From Phormidesmis sp. (GTDB taxonomy: Bacteria > Cyanobacteriota > Cyanobacteriia > Phormidesmidales > Phormidesmidaceae): a DNA stretch of 51,702 bases. A program made the translations under genes and the position numbers. Below the pieces are notes generated by a model, which ran no database searches, had not been told where the DNA came from, and saw only the letters and a list, made by a program, of their open reading frames with translations. The stretch spans positions 1-51,702 of the forward strand of contig JBARVS010000527.1 in assembly GCA_049646385.1 (NCBI GenBank). Direction: 5' to 3'. Positions 8,997 to 18,642 of this stretch are shown here, one piece after another (position 1 is the first letter of the stretch; every line of letters begins with the position of its first letter).

Positions 8997-10127
8997 TTGA
9001 AGAACGCCTCGCCTATGGACTGGTTGAATCGGTTGCCTCGCTGGATGATTTGGGGGCTGGCTTTGCCACTGTTTGCGCTCAACGGCTGGGTAGCGCTGCA
9101 AATATTTGCCTACTTTCGATCGCAGCTCACGATTTTTTTGACAGCAACGCTGCTGTCTTTTGTGCTTAACTATCCGGTGCAGCTGCTTTCGCGCTTTCGG
9201 CTGAGGCGATCGCTCGCCATCCTGCTCGTGCTGCTGAGCTTTCTTTCCATACTGGGCGTCCTTGGCGTGCTGCTAGCGCCGCCCCTAGTCGAGCAGCTCA
9301 ACGAACTCATCAGTCGGCTGCCCTCCTGGTTAGACTCAGGCACCTCTCAGCTAGCGGCCATTCAAAACTGGGCGATAGGGCTTGATTTACCGATAGATTT
9401 ATCTCGGCTGTCGGTTCAGCTTCAGGGCAGGCTGACCACGCTGCTGCAAAGCATTAGTGCGAACGTGTTGGGCTTGCTGCCCGATGCCATCAGCGGCGTA
9501 ATTGATGTGGGCCTCATTGTGGTGCTGACCTTTTATATGCTGCTGCATGGCGAGCGGCTGTGGGATGGCATTTATCAGTGGCTTCCCGAAGGCTGGAACG
9601 AGCGCGCCAGACCGCTGATTAGAAAAAACTTTCAAAACTACTTTCGCGGGCAGATTACAGTGGCGCTGCTGATGGGCACGGCCATGACGATCGCATTCGT
9701 GGTGATTCAGGTGCCGTTTGGCCTGCTGTTTGGCATTGCGGTGGGCGTGGCGGCAATTTTCCCGTTTGGCCCAGCGCTCAGCATTACCGTCATCAGCTTT
9801 TTGACGGCGCTCAAGAGCATTTGGCTAGGCGTTAGAGTGGTGGCGGTAGCGGCGGTGATTGATCAAATAGTAGAGAATGCGATCGCCCCTCAGCTCATCG
9901 GCGGCTTCGTCGGCCTAAACCCCGTGTGGATCTTACTCTCTCTATTGTTAGGCACAAAAATTGCAGGCTTTTTGGGGCTGATTGTAGCGGTGCCTGTGGC
10001 TAGCTCTATCAAAGGTATTTTTGAAGATAGCCGCATCCCGCCTTCTCAGCCGAGCGCGATAACAGAAACCACAGAAAGCAGCGCACCAGAAAGCCAATCA
10101 GAGGGCAGTAAGCTAGCGTCTGCATAG
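8997..10127 (+). CDS. AI-2E (PerM/UPF0118) family transporter
   Basis: Multi-TM protein; LSFVLNYPV, YFRGQ, QIVENAIAPQLIG, GLNPVW, GFLGLIVAVP. Start may be ATG at 9015. Confidence 0.9.
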   Translation: MKNASPMDWLNRLPRWMIWGLALPLFALNGWVALQIFAYFRSQLTIFLTATLLSFVLNYPVQLLSRFRLRRSLAILLVLLSFLSILGVLGVLLAPPLVEQLNELISRLPSWLDSGTSQLAAIQNWAIGLDLPIDLSRLSVQLQGRLTTLLQSISANVLGLLPDAISGVIDVGLIVVLTFYMLLHGERLWDGIYQWLPEGWNERARPLIRKNFQNYFRGQITVALLMGTAMTIAFVVIQVPFGLLFGIAVGVAAIFPFGPALSITVISFLTALKSIWLGVRVVAVAAVIDQIVENAIAPQLIGGFVGLNPVWILLSLLLGTKIAGFLGLIVAVPVASSIKGIFEDSRIPPSQPSAITETTESSAPESQSEGSKLASA

Positions 10128-10156
10128 ATTGTTCAGATTGTTCTTACGCGCAGCAT

Positions 10157-10762
10157 TTAATCAACAGCCGTTATTGCCCGCTTTGCCACTGGCAAGCTAG
10201 CGCCTGTGAGCCCGCGAATAATTCTTTCTTCTCTAGCAGAAGGCTCGCCCTCCTCAGATGTAAAAACGACAAACAGAGGATGCGGCGTTTCAGTCCCTTC
10301 TGCCAGCAGATGCTTATATCGTCTGGGCATCAGCCATTCAACGCCCTGTCCTAGTTCCACCTGCGTTTGTCGCCAGCGCCTGAGCAAGTCAGAAAAATCC
10401 TCTCCAGGCCGCTGAATAAACAACACAATTTCGATGCCAGTTTTAATCTTCCATTCTGGATCGCACATCATTAGGGCTACATCGCAGGGCAGCTGACGAA
10501 TTCTATAGCTCGTGTCGATAATGCCGCCTGTTTCAGAGACTTCTCGGCTGCGGATATTGGGCAGCGGGATGGCTACCATGCTTTCTTCAGGGCGGCGGAC
10601 GCTGGGCAGCGCTTCAAAGTACGGGCGATGCTGCATCAATAGGGCAAGAATACCGTCATAGTGACAGCAGCTTGCCAGCAGTTCCTCATAAGCAGTGCGA
10701 TCGCCCACTTCTTCATCTGTCTCTAAATTTGTATCGGATGCGCCTGCGATCGGTAATGCCAA
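10157..10762 (-). CDS. conserved hypothetical protein (cyanobacterial type)
   Basis: 201-aa ORF co-oriented downstream of fmt; LPCDVALMMCDPEWKIKTG...RPGEDFSDLLRRWRQTQ looks like a conserved core. Confidence 0.75.
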   Translation of the reverse strand: MALPIAGASDTNLETDEEVGDRTAYEELLASCCHYDGILALLMQHRPYFEALPSVRRPEESMVAIPLPNIRSREVSETGGIIDTSYRIRQLPCDVALMMCDPEWKIKTGIEIVLFIQRPGEDFSDLLRRWRQTQVELGQGVEWLMPRRYKHLLAEGTETPHPLFVVFTSEEGEPSAREERIIRGLTGASLPVAKRAITAVD

Positions 10763-10790
10763 CTGTAAATGCTCATGCGTTCATATGGTG

Positions 10791-11840
10791 CTAGTTTGCC
10801 CGCATCACTTCGCCAACTTCGATTCGGCTACCGTTGGCAAAGTCCCAGCCAGAGAGCGCCCTTTTGCCCGCTGGCTTGACTTCATACAGCAGCAAATGCC
10901 CGTCGCCTGTTTGAATCACAGGGCCGTAGCTTTTAAGGATGGCGACGACGGCGCCAGGGTTAGGCACTGGGGAGACAGCTCTCGAAACGGGAGGCTTGGC
11001 CAACGTCTCAATATCAGCCGCCTCATACAGCGATCGAACAGCCGCCATCTCTGACGGTAGCCTGCTCCAGTAGGCTTGGCCAAGCGGCACGGTTGCCATC
11101 ACCTTCAGGCTGTTGTCATCTCGAAACCCGGTGGTGCAGTTAGGATAAAATCCGCGCACCTGATCGTGCAGCGCCTTAGCGCTTTTGTGCCAATCTATCC
11201 GATAGTCATCCTTGGCGATCAGGGGCGCATAGGTGGCGCGAGCGTCGTCCTGCGCTCTCGGGCGAATCATCTGATGCTGAAGCTTTTGCAAAGTCGCAGG
11301 TATCAGCGCCGAGCTGAGCTGAGAAAGCTTTTCAGCAACGTCCCAGGCGTTGTCTAATAGGCCGATAGGAATGGTTTCTTCTAGCAGCATGGGGCCAGTA
11401 TCCATGCCCGCATTCATTAGCATTGTTGTTACCCCGGTTTCATACTCGCCTCTGTACAGGCACCATTGAATCGGCGCAGCGCCTCGATACTCGGGCAAAA
11501 TTGAGCCGTGGGCATTAACGCAGCCCAATCGAGGCATATCTAGTATTTCTTGCGAAAGAATTTGGCCGTAGGCAATCACCACAAAGGCATCGGCTGCTAG
11601 CGCCTTCAGCTTAGCTAAAATATCAGAATCTTTTTTAAGGCGGGCAGGCTGCCAAATAGGGCAGTTAGGAGCGTCCGTTTGAGCGGCGGCTTTAACCGCA
11701 GAAGGCATGACCTTTCCGCCTCGGCCCCGGCGCTTGTCGGGCTGCGTGACGATAGCGAGCAGCTCAAAATCTGGATTGGCAATCAGCCGCTTGAGGCTAG
11801 GTACGGCAAACTGGGGCGTGCCAAAAAAAACAATTCTCAT
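10791..11840 (-). CDS. fmt: methionyl-tRNA formyltransferase
   Basis: MRIVFFGTPQFA, VTQPDKRRGRG, NAHGSILPEYRGAAPIQ, MDTGP. Confidence 0.96.
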   Translation of the reverse strand: MRIVFFGTPQFAVPSLKRLIANPDFELLAIVTQPDKRRGRGGKVMPSAVKAAAQTDAPNCPIWQPARLKKDSDILAKLKALAADAFVVIAYGQILSQEILDMPRLGCVNAHGSILPEYRGAAPIQWCLYRGEYETGVTTMLMNAGMDTGPMLLEETIPIGLLDNAWDVAEKLSQLSSALIPATLQKLQHQMIRPRAQDDARATYAPLIAKDDYRIDWHKSAKALHDQVRGFYPNCTTGFRDDNSLKVMATVPLGQAYWSRLPSEMAAVRSLYEAADIETLAKPPVSRAVSPVPNPGAVVAILKSYGPVIQTGDGHLLLYEVKPAGKRALSGWDFANGSRIEVGEVMRAN

Positions 11841-13273
11841 GGGCGAGTATCTACTAAAATTTCGATGCGGCGGTTGCGCTGGCGTCCGGTGTCGGTGTCG
11901 TTGCGCTCAAGCGGCTGTGACTGACCATTGCCGACGGTAACCCAGCGGTAGCGGCCGTTAGGGAGAGCCGCGCGCAGGTAAGCGCTAATCGCTTCGGCCT
12001 GGGCAAGGGTATATTTTCGGCTGCTGTTCGCTTCAGCTTGATCGTCACTGTAGCTGCGAATTAAAACGGTTGCCTGCGGATAGTTCACGAGCTGATCGAG
12101 CACCTGATTGAGCAGGGCGCTATCTTTGATGTCGCTTTGGCCGGGGCTAAATAAGGCATCGCTGGGCAAGGTAATTTTGAGCTTAGCCACTTCGAGGAGC
12201 TGGTCGGTCAAATTTGTGGGCGTGGGCGCATACTTTTCGGCTTTGGGCGGTTTTGTAGACTGCACGATTGGATCAATGGTGGCTCTGAGCAGGTTTACTC
12301 GGCTCTCAACGTCTGCGCCCTGATAAGGTGGTTTGCCAAGCCTTTGTTCCAGCGTTTGCACTCGCCTGTCTAGGGTTAATACTTCTGTCTCAATTGAGTT
12401 GAGTTCGTCAATCAGCGGCTGTCTTTCGATTGGCGGCAGGCTGATAGGGGCTAGCACTGGCCCCGTTTCGGGCAGCGGAATCGCTTCGACCCGGATTTCA
12501 GTGGTGGGCGATCGCAATAGCTGAGGAAAATGCCACAGCCGACTGGTCAAGCGGCTAGATTTACGCAGCAGGGTTTCTTGTAAGGGCGGTTGGGTAAAGC
12601 TGCCGGGTAAGATTTGGGCGACTAAAATGCCAAAAAGCCAAGCGCCTGTGAGAATGCCGCTGGTAGCTAACGTGTAGGCGATCGCACTGTAGGGCTGCTT
12701 TTCCCACCAGAGTGGCGATCGCGGCGACACTGGCTGAACAGGCGTAGGGACAAACAGCGTGCTCCCGTCAGCGGGATTGACAACGTACTGTCCGTCGGCT
12801 GGTGGGTTAAGCGGATTGTCTGGATTGTTTGAACTGTCTGAAGGGGAAGGCGTTGCTGAAGGGGGGGTGAGCGATCGCCCCAGCAGACCCAACTTTTTCT
12901 GAAGCCTTCCTTTAGATTTAGGCGTTGATTGGGCCGTTGATTGGGCTGTTGGTGACAGCAAGTCCGGCAACGCGGTTGAACGATCAAAAGGTGTGGGCTG
13001 CGACAGCGGATACTGCGCTGAATAAGCTTCGTCTTCAGCTTGACTGATCGCCTCATAAGCGCTGAGCTGTCGGCTAATAGTTGGTCGAGCTGAAAAAAAG
13101 CCAGCATCGTCGGGCGTCGGCGCTGACGCTTGAGCGGAGCTTGAATTTTGCTCAGGCTCAGGCTTTTGACCGCGCTGAGTTTCTAGATCGATATCGGCGG
13201 CCAGCGGGTGGTCAGCGCTGTTCCCTGCTAGCTCGTTTGCCACAGACTTATCCGCTATAGGCTCATGTGCCAC
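11837..13273 (-). CDS. membrane-anchored OmpA/MotB-like C-terminal domain protein
   Basis: Disordered N-terminus, one TM (AYTLATSGILTGAWLFGILVAQIL), coiled coil, ITLPSDALFSPG...GRQRNRRIEI. ATGA overlap with fmt. Confidence 0.85.
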   Translation of the reverse strand: MAHEPIADKSVANELAGNSADHPLAADIDLETQRGQKPEPEQNSSSAQASAPTPDDAGFFSARPTISRQLSAYEAISQAEDEAYSAQYPLSQPTPFDRSTALPDLLSPTAQSTAQSTPKSKGRLQKKLGLLGRSLTPPSATPSPSDSSNNPDNPLNPPADGQYVVNPADGSTLFVPTPVQPVSPRSPLWWEKQPYSAIAYTLATSGILTGAWLFGILVAQILPGSFTQPPLQETLLRKSSRLTSRLWHFPQLLRSPTTEIRVEAIPLPETGPVLAPISLPPIERQPLIDELNSIETEVLTLDRRVQTLEQRLGKPPYQGADVESRVNLLRATIDPIVQSTKPPKAEKYAPTPTNLTDQLLEVAKLKITLPSDALFSPGQSDIKDSALLNQVLDQLVNYPQATVLIRSYSDDQAEANSSRKYTLAQAEAISAYLRAALPNGRYRWVTVGNGQSQPLERNDTDTGRQRNRRIEILVDTRP

Positions 13274-13326
13274 AAAGTCAGCTTCTCCCGTTAATCACGC
13301 CAGCGCCTTGGCCCTACCGTCGGGCG

Positions 13327-14838
13327 CTATTCATAAAAGCTCCAACCCCACCAAGGGCTGACTTCGACAACGCCGCGTTCGGTAAATACAACCCGATAGT
13401 CCACAGCGGGCGCTTCCTCTGGCGCAGATTTTAACAGACCTGGCAGCGGTGTATCACCAACTGCTTTTGCTGCATTCTGGCTCACAGGCTCATAGCCAAC
13501 CACCGTGCCGTCTTCTTTAACTCTCACGCGATAGACAGCCGCCGCTTCGCCAACTCTGGGCTGCTCGCGCTTCTCAACAATCGTACTCTTTAGCTGATTG
13601 TTGAGAGCTTCAACCTCGCTCAAGCTACTTAGCGTAACAGGTGGCTCATTAGAGAAAGTCGCGCTGGTGCTATTGCCTGCGGTTGGCGCACTTGGCTTAT
13701 CGGGTTGCCTGCCCGTTGGGGTATTTGCCTGAGCCTTTGCGGTCTCGGCCTTAGCTGCTTGGTTGCTCTCTGTGCTAGGTAAAGCAGCAACAGCCGCACT
13801 CTCACTGAGGCCGACGACGGCACCATCAGGGCCAAAGGTGACAGCGTATTGAGCGATCGCATTCTTCTCAAGTCCTTCAGCGGCGGCATTAGCTTTAGCC
13901 AACCGGGGCAGCGGCGTTTTATCAACATCTCGCAGGGCCGCATCATTTTCAAACTGATAGCCCAGCACCTCTCCCGCTTCATTTACCGCAACCTGATAGG
14001 CCAGTTCATCAACAAAGCTAGCGTCTGGGCCAGCGGCTTCATCTATTTTTACCTGTAGGTCAGACTGAAGCGTAGCCAGCGTATTTTTATCAGTGATTCT
14101 AGGCGCTTTTTCCCACAGGGCGCTCTCCGTATTGGCGGCGGCAATGCCGTCGGCTGGTGGCGTAGAGCCATCGCCAGTGGGCGCTTGCGAACTGGTGGTG
14201 GTTGCCGCTGTTTGAACGGTTGTCGTCTCGCCTGTGCTGCTCTTGGGCGCTGGCGCAGTTCGCATCGGGGGCAGCGGCAGTATGCTAATGGCCATGGTCG
14301 CTGCAACTAAGCTACCAAAGCCAAGAATGGCAGGCAGAGCGCGATCGCTCAGCGGCTCATCTGTTTTCACAAACCGACGCGGCAAGGGCGTCAAGGCCGC
14401 TTCTAGCTCTGGCAAGGTCTGGCTATCGTCAAAAAATTGATCGACCGCTTCAGTGAGGTCATATAGCTGCACAGAAGACAGCTTGATGTCAACCGCACGA
14501 CCGTCACCAGCATCGCCTAAGTCAGCAATTTCTGGCTGCACAACCAGATGATGATAAGGGCCATCGCCCGGATTGATATGCACCAGCAGCGGCTCGCCTT
14601 CAGCCACCTGCGGATGAGCAAACCCACTGAGAATTTCCTGACTGTACTGGCTCACCGCTCGAACCAGCGCCGCAAAAAAACTGTAGCTGCCATTGAGCGA
14701 CTTTTCTAAACCGCTGATTCGACATTCCGCGTTCACCAGTAGCGACATCACCTCTTCGCGACCGGGCTCAGGATCAATGCTGAGCCCGTCTAAAATCAGG
14801 CTGCAGTTTGGCAGCTGGTACTGTCTGCGAATCGTCAT
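13327..14838 (-). CDS. DUF4335-like protein with TM and duplicated C-terminal domain
   Basis: N-terminal MTIRRQYQLPNCSLILDGLS, QLYDLTEAVDQFFDDSQTLP; C-terminal EVSPW. Confidence 0.75.
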   Translation of the reverse strand: MTIRRQYQLPNCSLILDGLSIDPEPGREEVMSLLVNAECRISGLEKSLNGSYSFFAALVRAVSQYSQEILSGFAHPQVAEGEPLLVHINPGDGPYHHLVVQPEIADLGDAGDGRAVDIKLSSVQLYDLTEAVDQFFDDSQTLPELEAALTPLPRRFVKTDEPLSDRALPAILGFGSLVAATMAISILPLPPMRTAPAPKSSTGETTTVQTAATTTSSQAPTGDGSTPPADGIAAANTESALWEKAPRITDKNTLATLQSDLQVKIDEAAGPDASFVDELAYQVAVNEAGEVLGYQFENDAALRDVDKTPLPRLAKANAAAEGLEKNAIAQYAVTFGPDGAVVGLSESAAVAALPSTESNQAAKAETAKAQANTPTGRQPDKPSAPTAGNSTSATFSNEPPVTLSSLSEVEALNNQLKSTIVEKREQPRVGEAAAVYRVRVKEDGTVVGYEPVSQNAAKAVGDTPLPGLLKSAPEEAPAVDYRVVFTERGVVEVSPWWGWSFYE

Positions 14839-15443
14839 GACACGTCTCCATCAAAAAGACTGATCCAAAGGCGATCTGCGCCATTGGTGCCCGTGCAAAA
14901 TAGCAGCTTCGTGAGCAGTTCAATCGCTAGCTCATTGAGCTTTTCGTCTGTGCCGTAAGCAATCACCCCAGCGCGTTTGGCGTTCATCCGGGCGCGAAAG
15001 TGAGAGCGAAAGCGCGATAGGTAGTCTGAGAGCCTAAAATGATGGTCGTAAGACATGCCCTGATCGCTGAGCTGCTGATAGCCCAGCAGAAGCTGACGAA
15101 TTAGCACGGTAAGCCGCCGCGCCAAAAAGCAGGTAATCAGCACTAGCGCCTTGCCCTCTTTGTGAGACATCGGCTGCCGCTGGCTAAACCGACGCAGCGG
15201 ATTGCTGCTGCGCAATAGCCACAGATTAACTCGACCGCGAATGACTTCTTCGAGTCCTAGCTCTTTGGCTGAGGCCAGCATTGCTTCAGCGCCGCCCAAG
15301 TCCAGCGCCTCAATCGCCAGCAGCAGCAGGTCAATTTGGGTTTTGGCCCGTCTAGAACACTCCCCAGGAACACCAGTGGGCGTGGGCAGCTGGTCAATCA
15401 CTTGAAGATCGGCGGGAGCAGTGGGGGGACTCTGTACTTGCAT
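14835..15443 (-). CDS. DUF3038-like conserved cyanobacterial protein
   Basis: IDLLLLAIEAL, LWLLRSSNPLRR, KLLFCTGTNGADRLWISLFDG. ATGA overlap with the downstream gene. Confidence 0.8.
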   Translation of the reverse strand: MQVQSPPTAPADLQVIDQLPTPTGVPGECSRRAKTQIDLLLLAIEALDLGGAEAMLASAKELGLEEVIRGRVNLWLLRSSNPLRRFSQRQPMSHKEGKALVLITCFLARRLTVLIRQLLLGYQQLSDQGMSYDHHFRLSDYLSRFRSHFRARMNAKRAGVIAYGTDEKLNELAIELLTKLLFCTGTNGADRLWISLFDGDVS

Positions 15444-15824
15444 ACGTTTGGCGACTATTCACTCAGAGATTTATCAAAACATATTTATGGACGATTGAGG
15501 TACCACTGAATTTAATGGAATTTAATGGATTTGACATCTCGTCCCTTTTAGAAGTTGCCCGAAAACGCAATGTGATGTAACAACAATGCTTGATTTCAAC
15601 CAGGAATGAACGGCTAGGCAATAGGCTACTAGGTAGATGTATAGCCAAAATGCAAAGGGCTTTTTCAGCGATCGCGACTATCTTAACTTTCTACCCATAA
15701 ACTCATACCTCTAGCGTATGCTTAGCTTCCATACTATCTTGACGTGTCTAAACAAGCGCAGCCGCTATCGTTAAAAGCTAAGGATTGAATCGATTCTTCA
15801 AGCGCTGATCTTTCAAAGGCCCGT

Positions 15825-18086
15825 CTACTCCTCAATATCCGAAATTAGCCATTGATCGCCTTCTCGAATGATTGTATAGGTGAAGATACCTGTATCGTCT
15901 GCGTAGGAAAACTGATCGCTACGCTGACCGTTATCATAAACGGCTGCTGACTCCGTAATTTGCGCCTGTACCTCTAAGCTTTTAGCATCGGTCGCGTCTT
16001 CAGGCTCTACAGCCACAATTTCGACTGGCTCATGAGTATAGTCGATGTACCAGCCTTCCTGCTTTGCCGACTCTACATCGGTTTGCGTTGCACTCAGGGT
16101 TGCGCCGGTCAGTACCTTGCTCAGGCCACTAGCGTCATGGTCTTCCGCGTAGGCTGCTTGTTTGGTCGTTAGCCACTGGTTAAGCGTGGCTGCCGCAATT
16201 CCCTGCGCGTCGTCTGCTGGGACGGCAGCGGCGGTTGAGGGGGTTTCTTCAATGTCGATTAGCGGCTCGTTAATACTTAGATCAAGCTGGTCGCCTTCTA
16301 GCCTTAGGCTGCGATCGCCCCCACCCCCAATCAAACTCAATACGCTTCTGGCCAGCAGCAAGCCCAGCACTAAAAGAGATAGCCCCGCCACAATCACTAA
16401 GACTAACCTGCCCCACTTGGGCGAGCTACGACGACTGCGGCGTCCTCTAGCAGCGGTTCTGCCCGCCCGTCCGCTGCGATCAGGGGGTATCGGCTCTAAC
16501 CCGCTATTGATCGTGCTCTCGCTCTGCAAGCCAGCAGACGAACCAAGCTGCCCGCCAGAAGAAAGCTGAGAAATTCTTTCAGCAATCCCAGCCGCACCAG
16601 CAATCCCAGCCGCGCCTATCACACTCGCGATGCCAGCAGTCCGACGGTTTCCCCGCCTGCTAGCAACAGAAGATTGGCCACTGTCGCCGTAGCCAGCATC
16701 CTGCAGGGTGGCTGCTGTGCCAAAAGGATTATTGGTAGCCGCCACGTTTAAATCTTGGAGATCAGGGCGCTCGAACTGATTTTTTATTGGGTTAACTGCG
16801 CCTGAGGTAGGCCAGTTAGCGGGCTGGTGAGCCTGCTCGTTGGCCAGCGGTAAGTTCTCTAAGTAGCTTTGCACCGTGCTGTCGGCAAAGTAATCTTTGA
16901 GGGTAGCAAGCTCCTGATCGAGATCGCGAAAGAAGGGAAAAACCTCCTGCTGAAGCCAGTTTTCTGCATATAGGCACAGCCCAGGCAGCAGATCGGGAGA
17001 GCCTTGAGAATGCTCGCGAATAAAGGCTAGTGGCTCATGCTCTTGAGAAAGTTCCAAGGCGCGGCTAGCTTCTTCAGTTTGGCCCAGCAATACAGCGCAC
17101 ACGGCCTGCTCCAAATGCACGTCCTGACGACCGCTTAGCCGCAGCAGCATTTGTTTGGCACGGCGAATGAGGCTAGGCTGATGCTGGGCAAAGCCTCGGG
17201 CAAGCAGCGCATATACTGCTAAATAAGTGCCGACCGCTGAAGGTCTTTGCGCCTCGGCTTCAAAGACTTCTTGCTGCTCGGAGGCGGTCAAATAGCCGCG
17301 CAGCTGCTGGACGAACCGAAGGAAGTCATCAACGTCTAGGCCCGAAAGATCGTCCTCCGCGCCATCAATGCCGCCTCGATCTTGCAGCATTCCTTTGAGC
17401 AGAATGACGCCTTCTTGTCGAAGCTGTTTTTGCTCTAGCGGGCGAGCGATTAGCTCTAAGCAGCGATAGGGCCGCAGCTTATAAAGATCGGCTTGAACTT
17501 CGGCTCGAAGCACTGGAAACAGGTCTTCTTTTAGCAGCAGCTCCCGACCCGTTTCTAATGACTCTGCAGCGTGCTCATAGTGATTTTGCTGCCATTCTTC
17601 GCGACCTAGCTCCAGACAGGCAACCGCCAGGGTCAAAACGATGTCGGGCAGGGCGGGCTGTTCTTTGATCTGCTGGCCTTCCGGGGTATGCACATCGCGC
17701 TTTAGATACGGACGCCCCAACCTCAGGATTAGCTCATATTCGCCTAGCTCTAGCAAAATCAGCAGTGCGCCAACTAGCTGATGGTTCTCAATTTCAATGG
17801 TGGGAACGCTGTTTTCCCAGTCGGCGGGCCGATCATCAGGCGCTACATCGCCCGTGTTGCTTTTAGAGGCCGCTAAAAATTCTTGGTCATACTCGGTTCG
17901 GCTCGCGCTGCTGCCTAAAACTTCGTATGCTTTGTCAATGAGCTGACGGCGGGCATCAATGGCTAGCTCTGAATATTCACGTCGGGGTACCTGCAGCGTG
18001 CGATCGCGATGCGACTGCTTTAGCTGCTCAGCAGTTGCCTGAGTCGGCAGTCCCAAAATTCGATAGTAGTCTAGCGGAATTCGCAC
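15825..18086 (-). CDS. ftn2: cell division protein Ftn2/ZipN (ARC6 homolog; J-like domain, TM, C-terminal IMS/DUF4101 domain)
   Basis: MRIPLDYYRILG, LYKLRPYRCLEL, SPDLLPGLCLYAENWLQQEVFP, single TM, periplasmic C-terminal domain; divergent from pdhA. Confidence 0.9.
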   Translation of the reverse strand: MRIPLDYYRILGLPTQATAEQLKQSHRDRTLQVPRREYSELAIDARRQLIDKAYEVLGSSASRTEYDQEFLAASKSNTGDVAPDDRPADWENSVPTIEIENHQLVGALLILLELGEYELILRLGRPYLKRDVHTPEGQQIKEQPALPDIVLTLAVACLELGREEWQQNHYEHAAESLETGRELLLKEDLFPVLRAEVQADLYKLRPYRCLELIARPLEQKQLRQEGVILLKGMLQDRGGIDGAEDDLSGLDVDDFLRFVQQLRGYLTASEQQEVFEAEAQRPSAVGTYLAVYALLARGFAQHQPSLIRRAKQMLLRLSGRQDVHLEQAVCAVLLGQTEEASRALELSQEHEPLAFIREHSQGSPDLLPGLCLYAENWLQQEVFPFFRDLDQELATLKDYFADSTVQSYLENLPLANEQAHQPANWPTSGAVNPIKNQFERPDLQDLNVAATNNPFGTAATLQDAGYGDSGQSSVASRRGNRRTAGIASVIGAAGIAGAAGIAERISQLSSGGQLGSSAGLQSESTINSGLEPIPPDRSGRAGRTAARGRRSRRSSPKWGRLVLVIVAGLSLLVLGLLLARSVLSLIGGGGDRSLRLEGDQLDLSINEPLIDIEETPSTAAAVPADDAQGIAAATLNQWLTTKQAAYAEDHDASGLSKVLTGATLSATQTDVESAKQEGWYIDYTHEPVEIVAVEPEDATDAKSLEVQAQITESAAVYDNGQRSDQFSYADDTGIFTYTIIREGDQWLISDIEE

Positions 18087-18363
18087 TCTTTGTATCCCCA
18101 GCCATTAAGCCAATCTTTATACTCTAAAACGACCAAAGCCACCTATCTTTTCCTATCCCTTGAAGAGCCTCGAACCAATGGCCTTGAGGGGCTTCATTGA
18201 TTCAGAACCAAGCTTAAACTTCGATTGAGCCAGCTCGATTAAGCCATAAGCTTGCCTAACGATTATCTCCTAACCACCGTTGATGTGATCATTAAATATA
18301 GCTTTGGCATAGCTTTAAGCGCTACGGGTCATTTGTCAAGCAGCTATCTGACGGCTTTTTCAC

Positions 18364-18447
18364 TCAGATGTCCCCCATAGGACATCTGGGGGGACATCTG
18401 ATGGGACATCACCGAAGAAACCCCTAAGGGTTCTAAAAGGGTTCTAA
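18364..18447. repeat. inverted/direct repeat cluster in the ftn2-pdhA divergent intergenic region
   Basis: Perfect 13-bp inverted repeat TCAGATGTCCCCC (18364-76) / GGGGGACATCTGA (18389-401); GGACATC x3 at a 12-bp period; AAGGGTTCTAA x2 (18426-47). Confidence 0.8.
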
Positions 18448-18642
18448 CTGGGCATACATGTCAAGAATTCATATTAGCAGCAGGTCAAAGTCGATTTTTT
18501 TTGGATTTATTTCTTATAGTCTAATGGTCAAGGATCTAAATTTTGTGAGCGTGCAGATGTTTGCTTGTTTGGCAATTTGAGCGAATAATCAATAGACGCA
18601 TTGTTATCACAAGCGCTGAAGGACACGAGAGATACAAAACCC

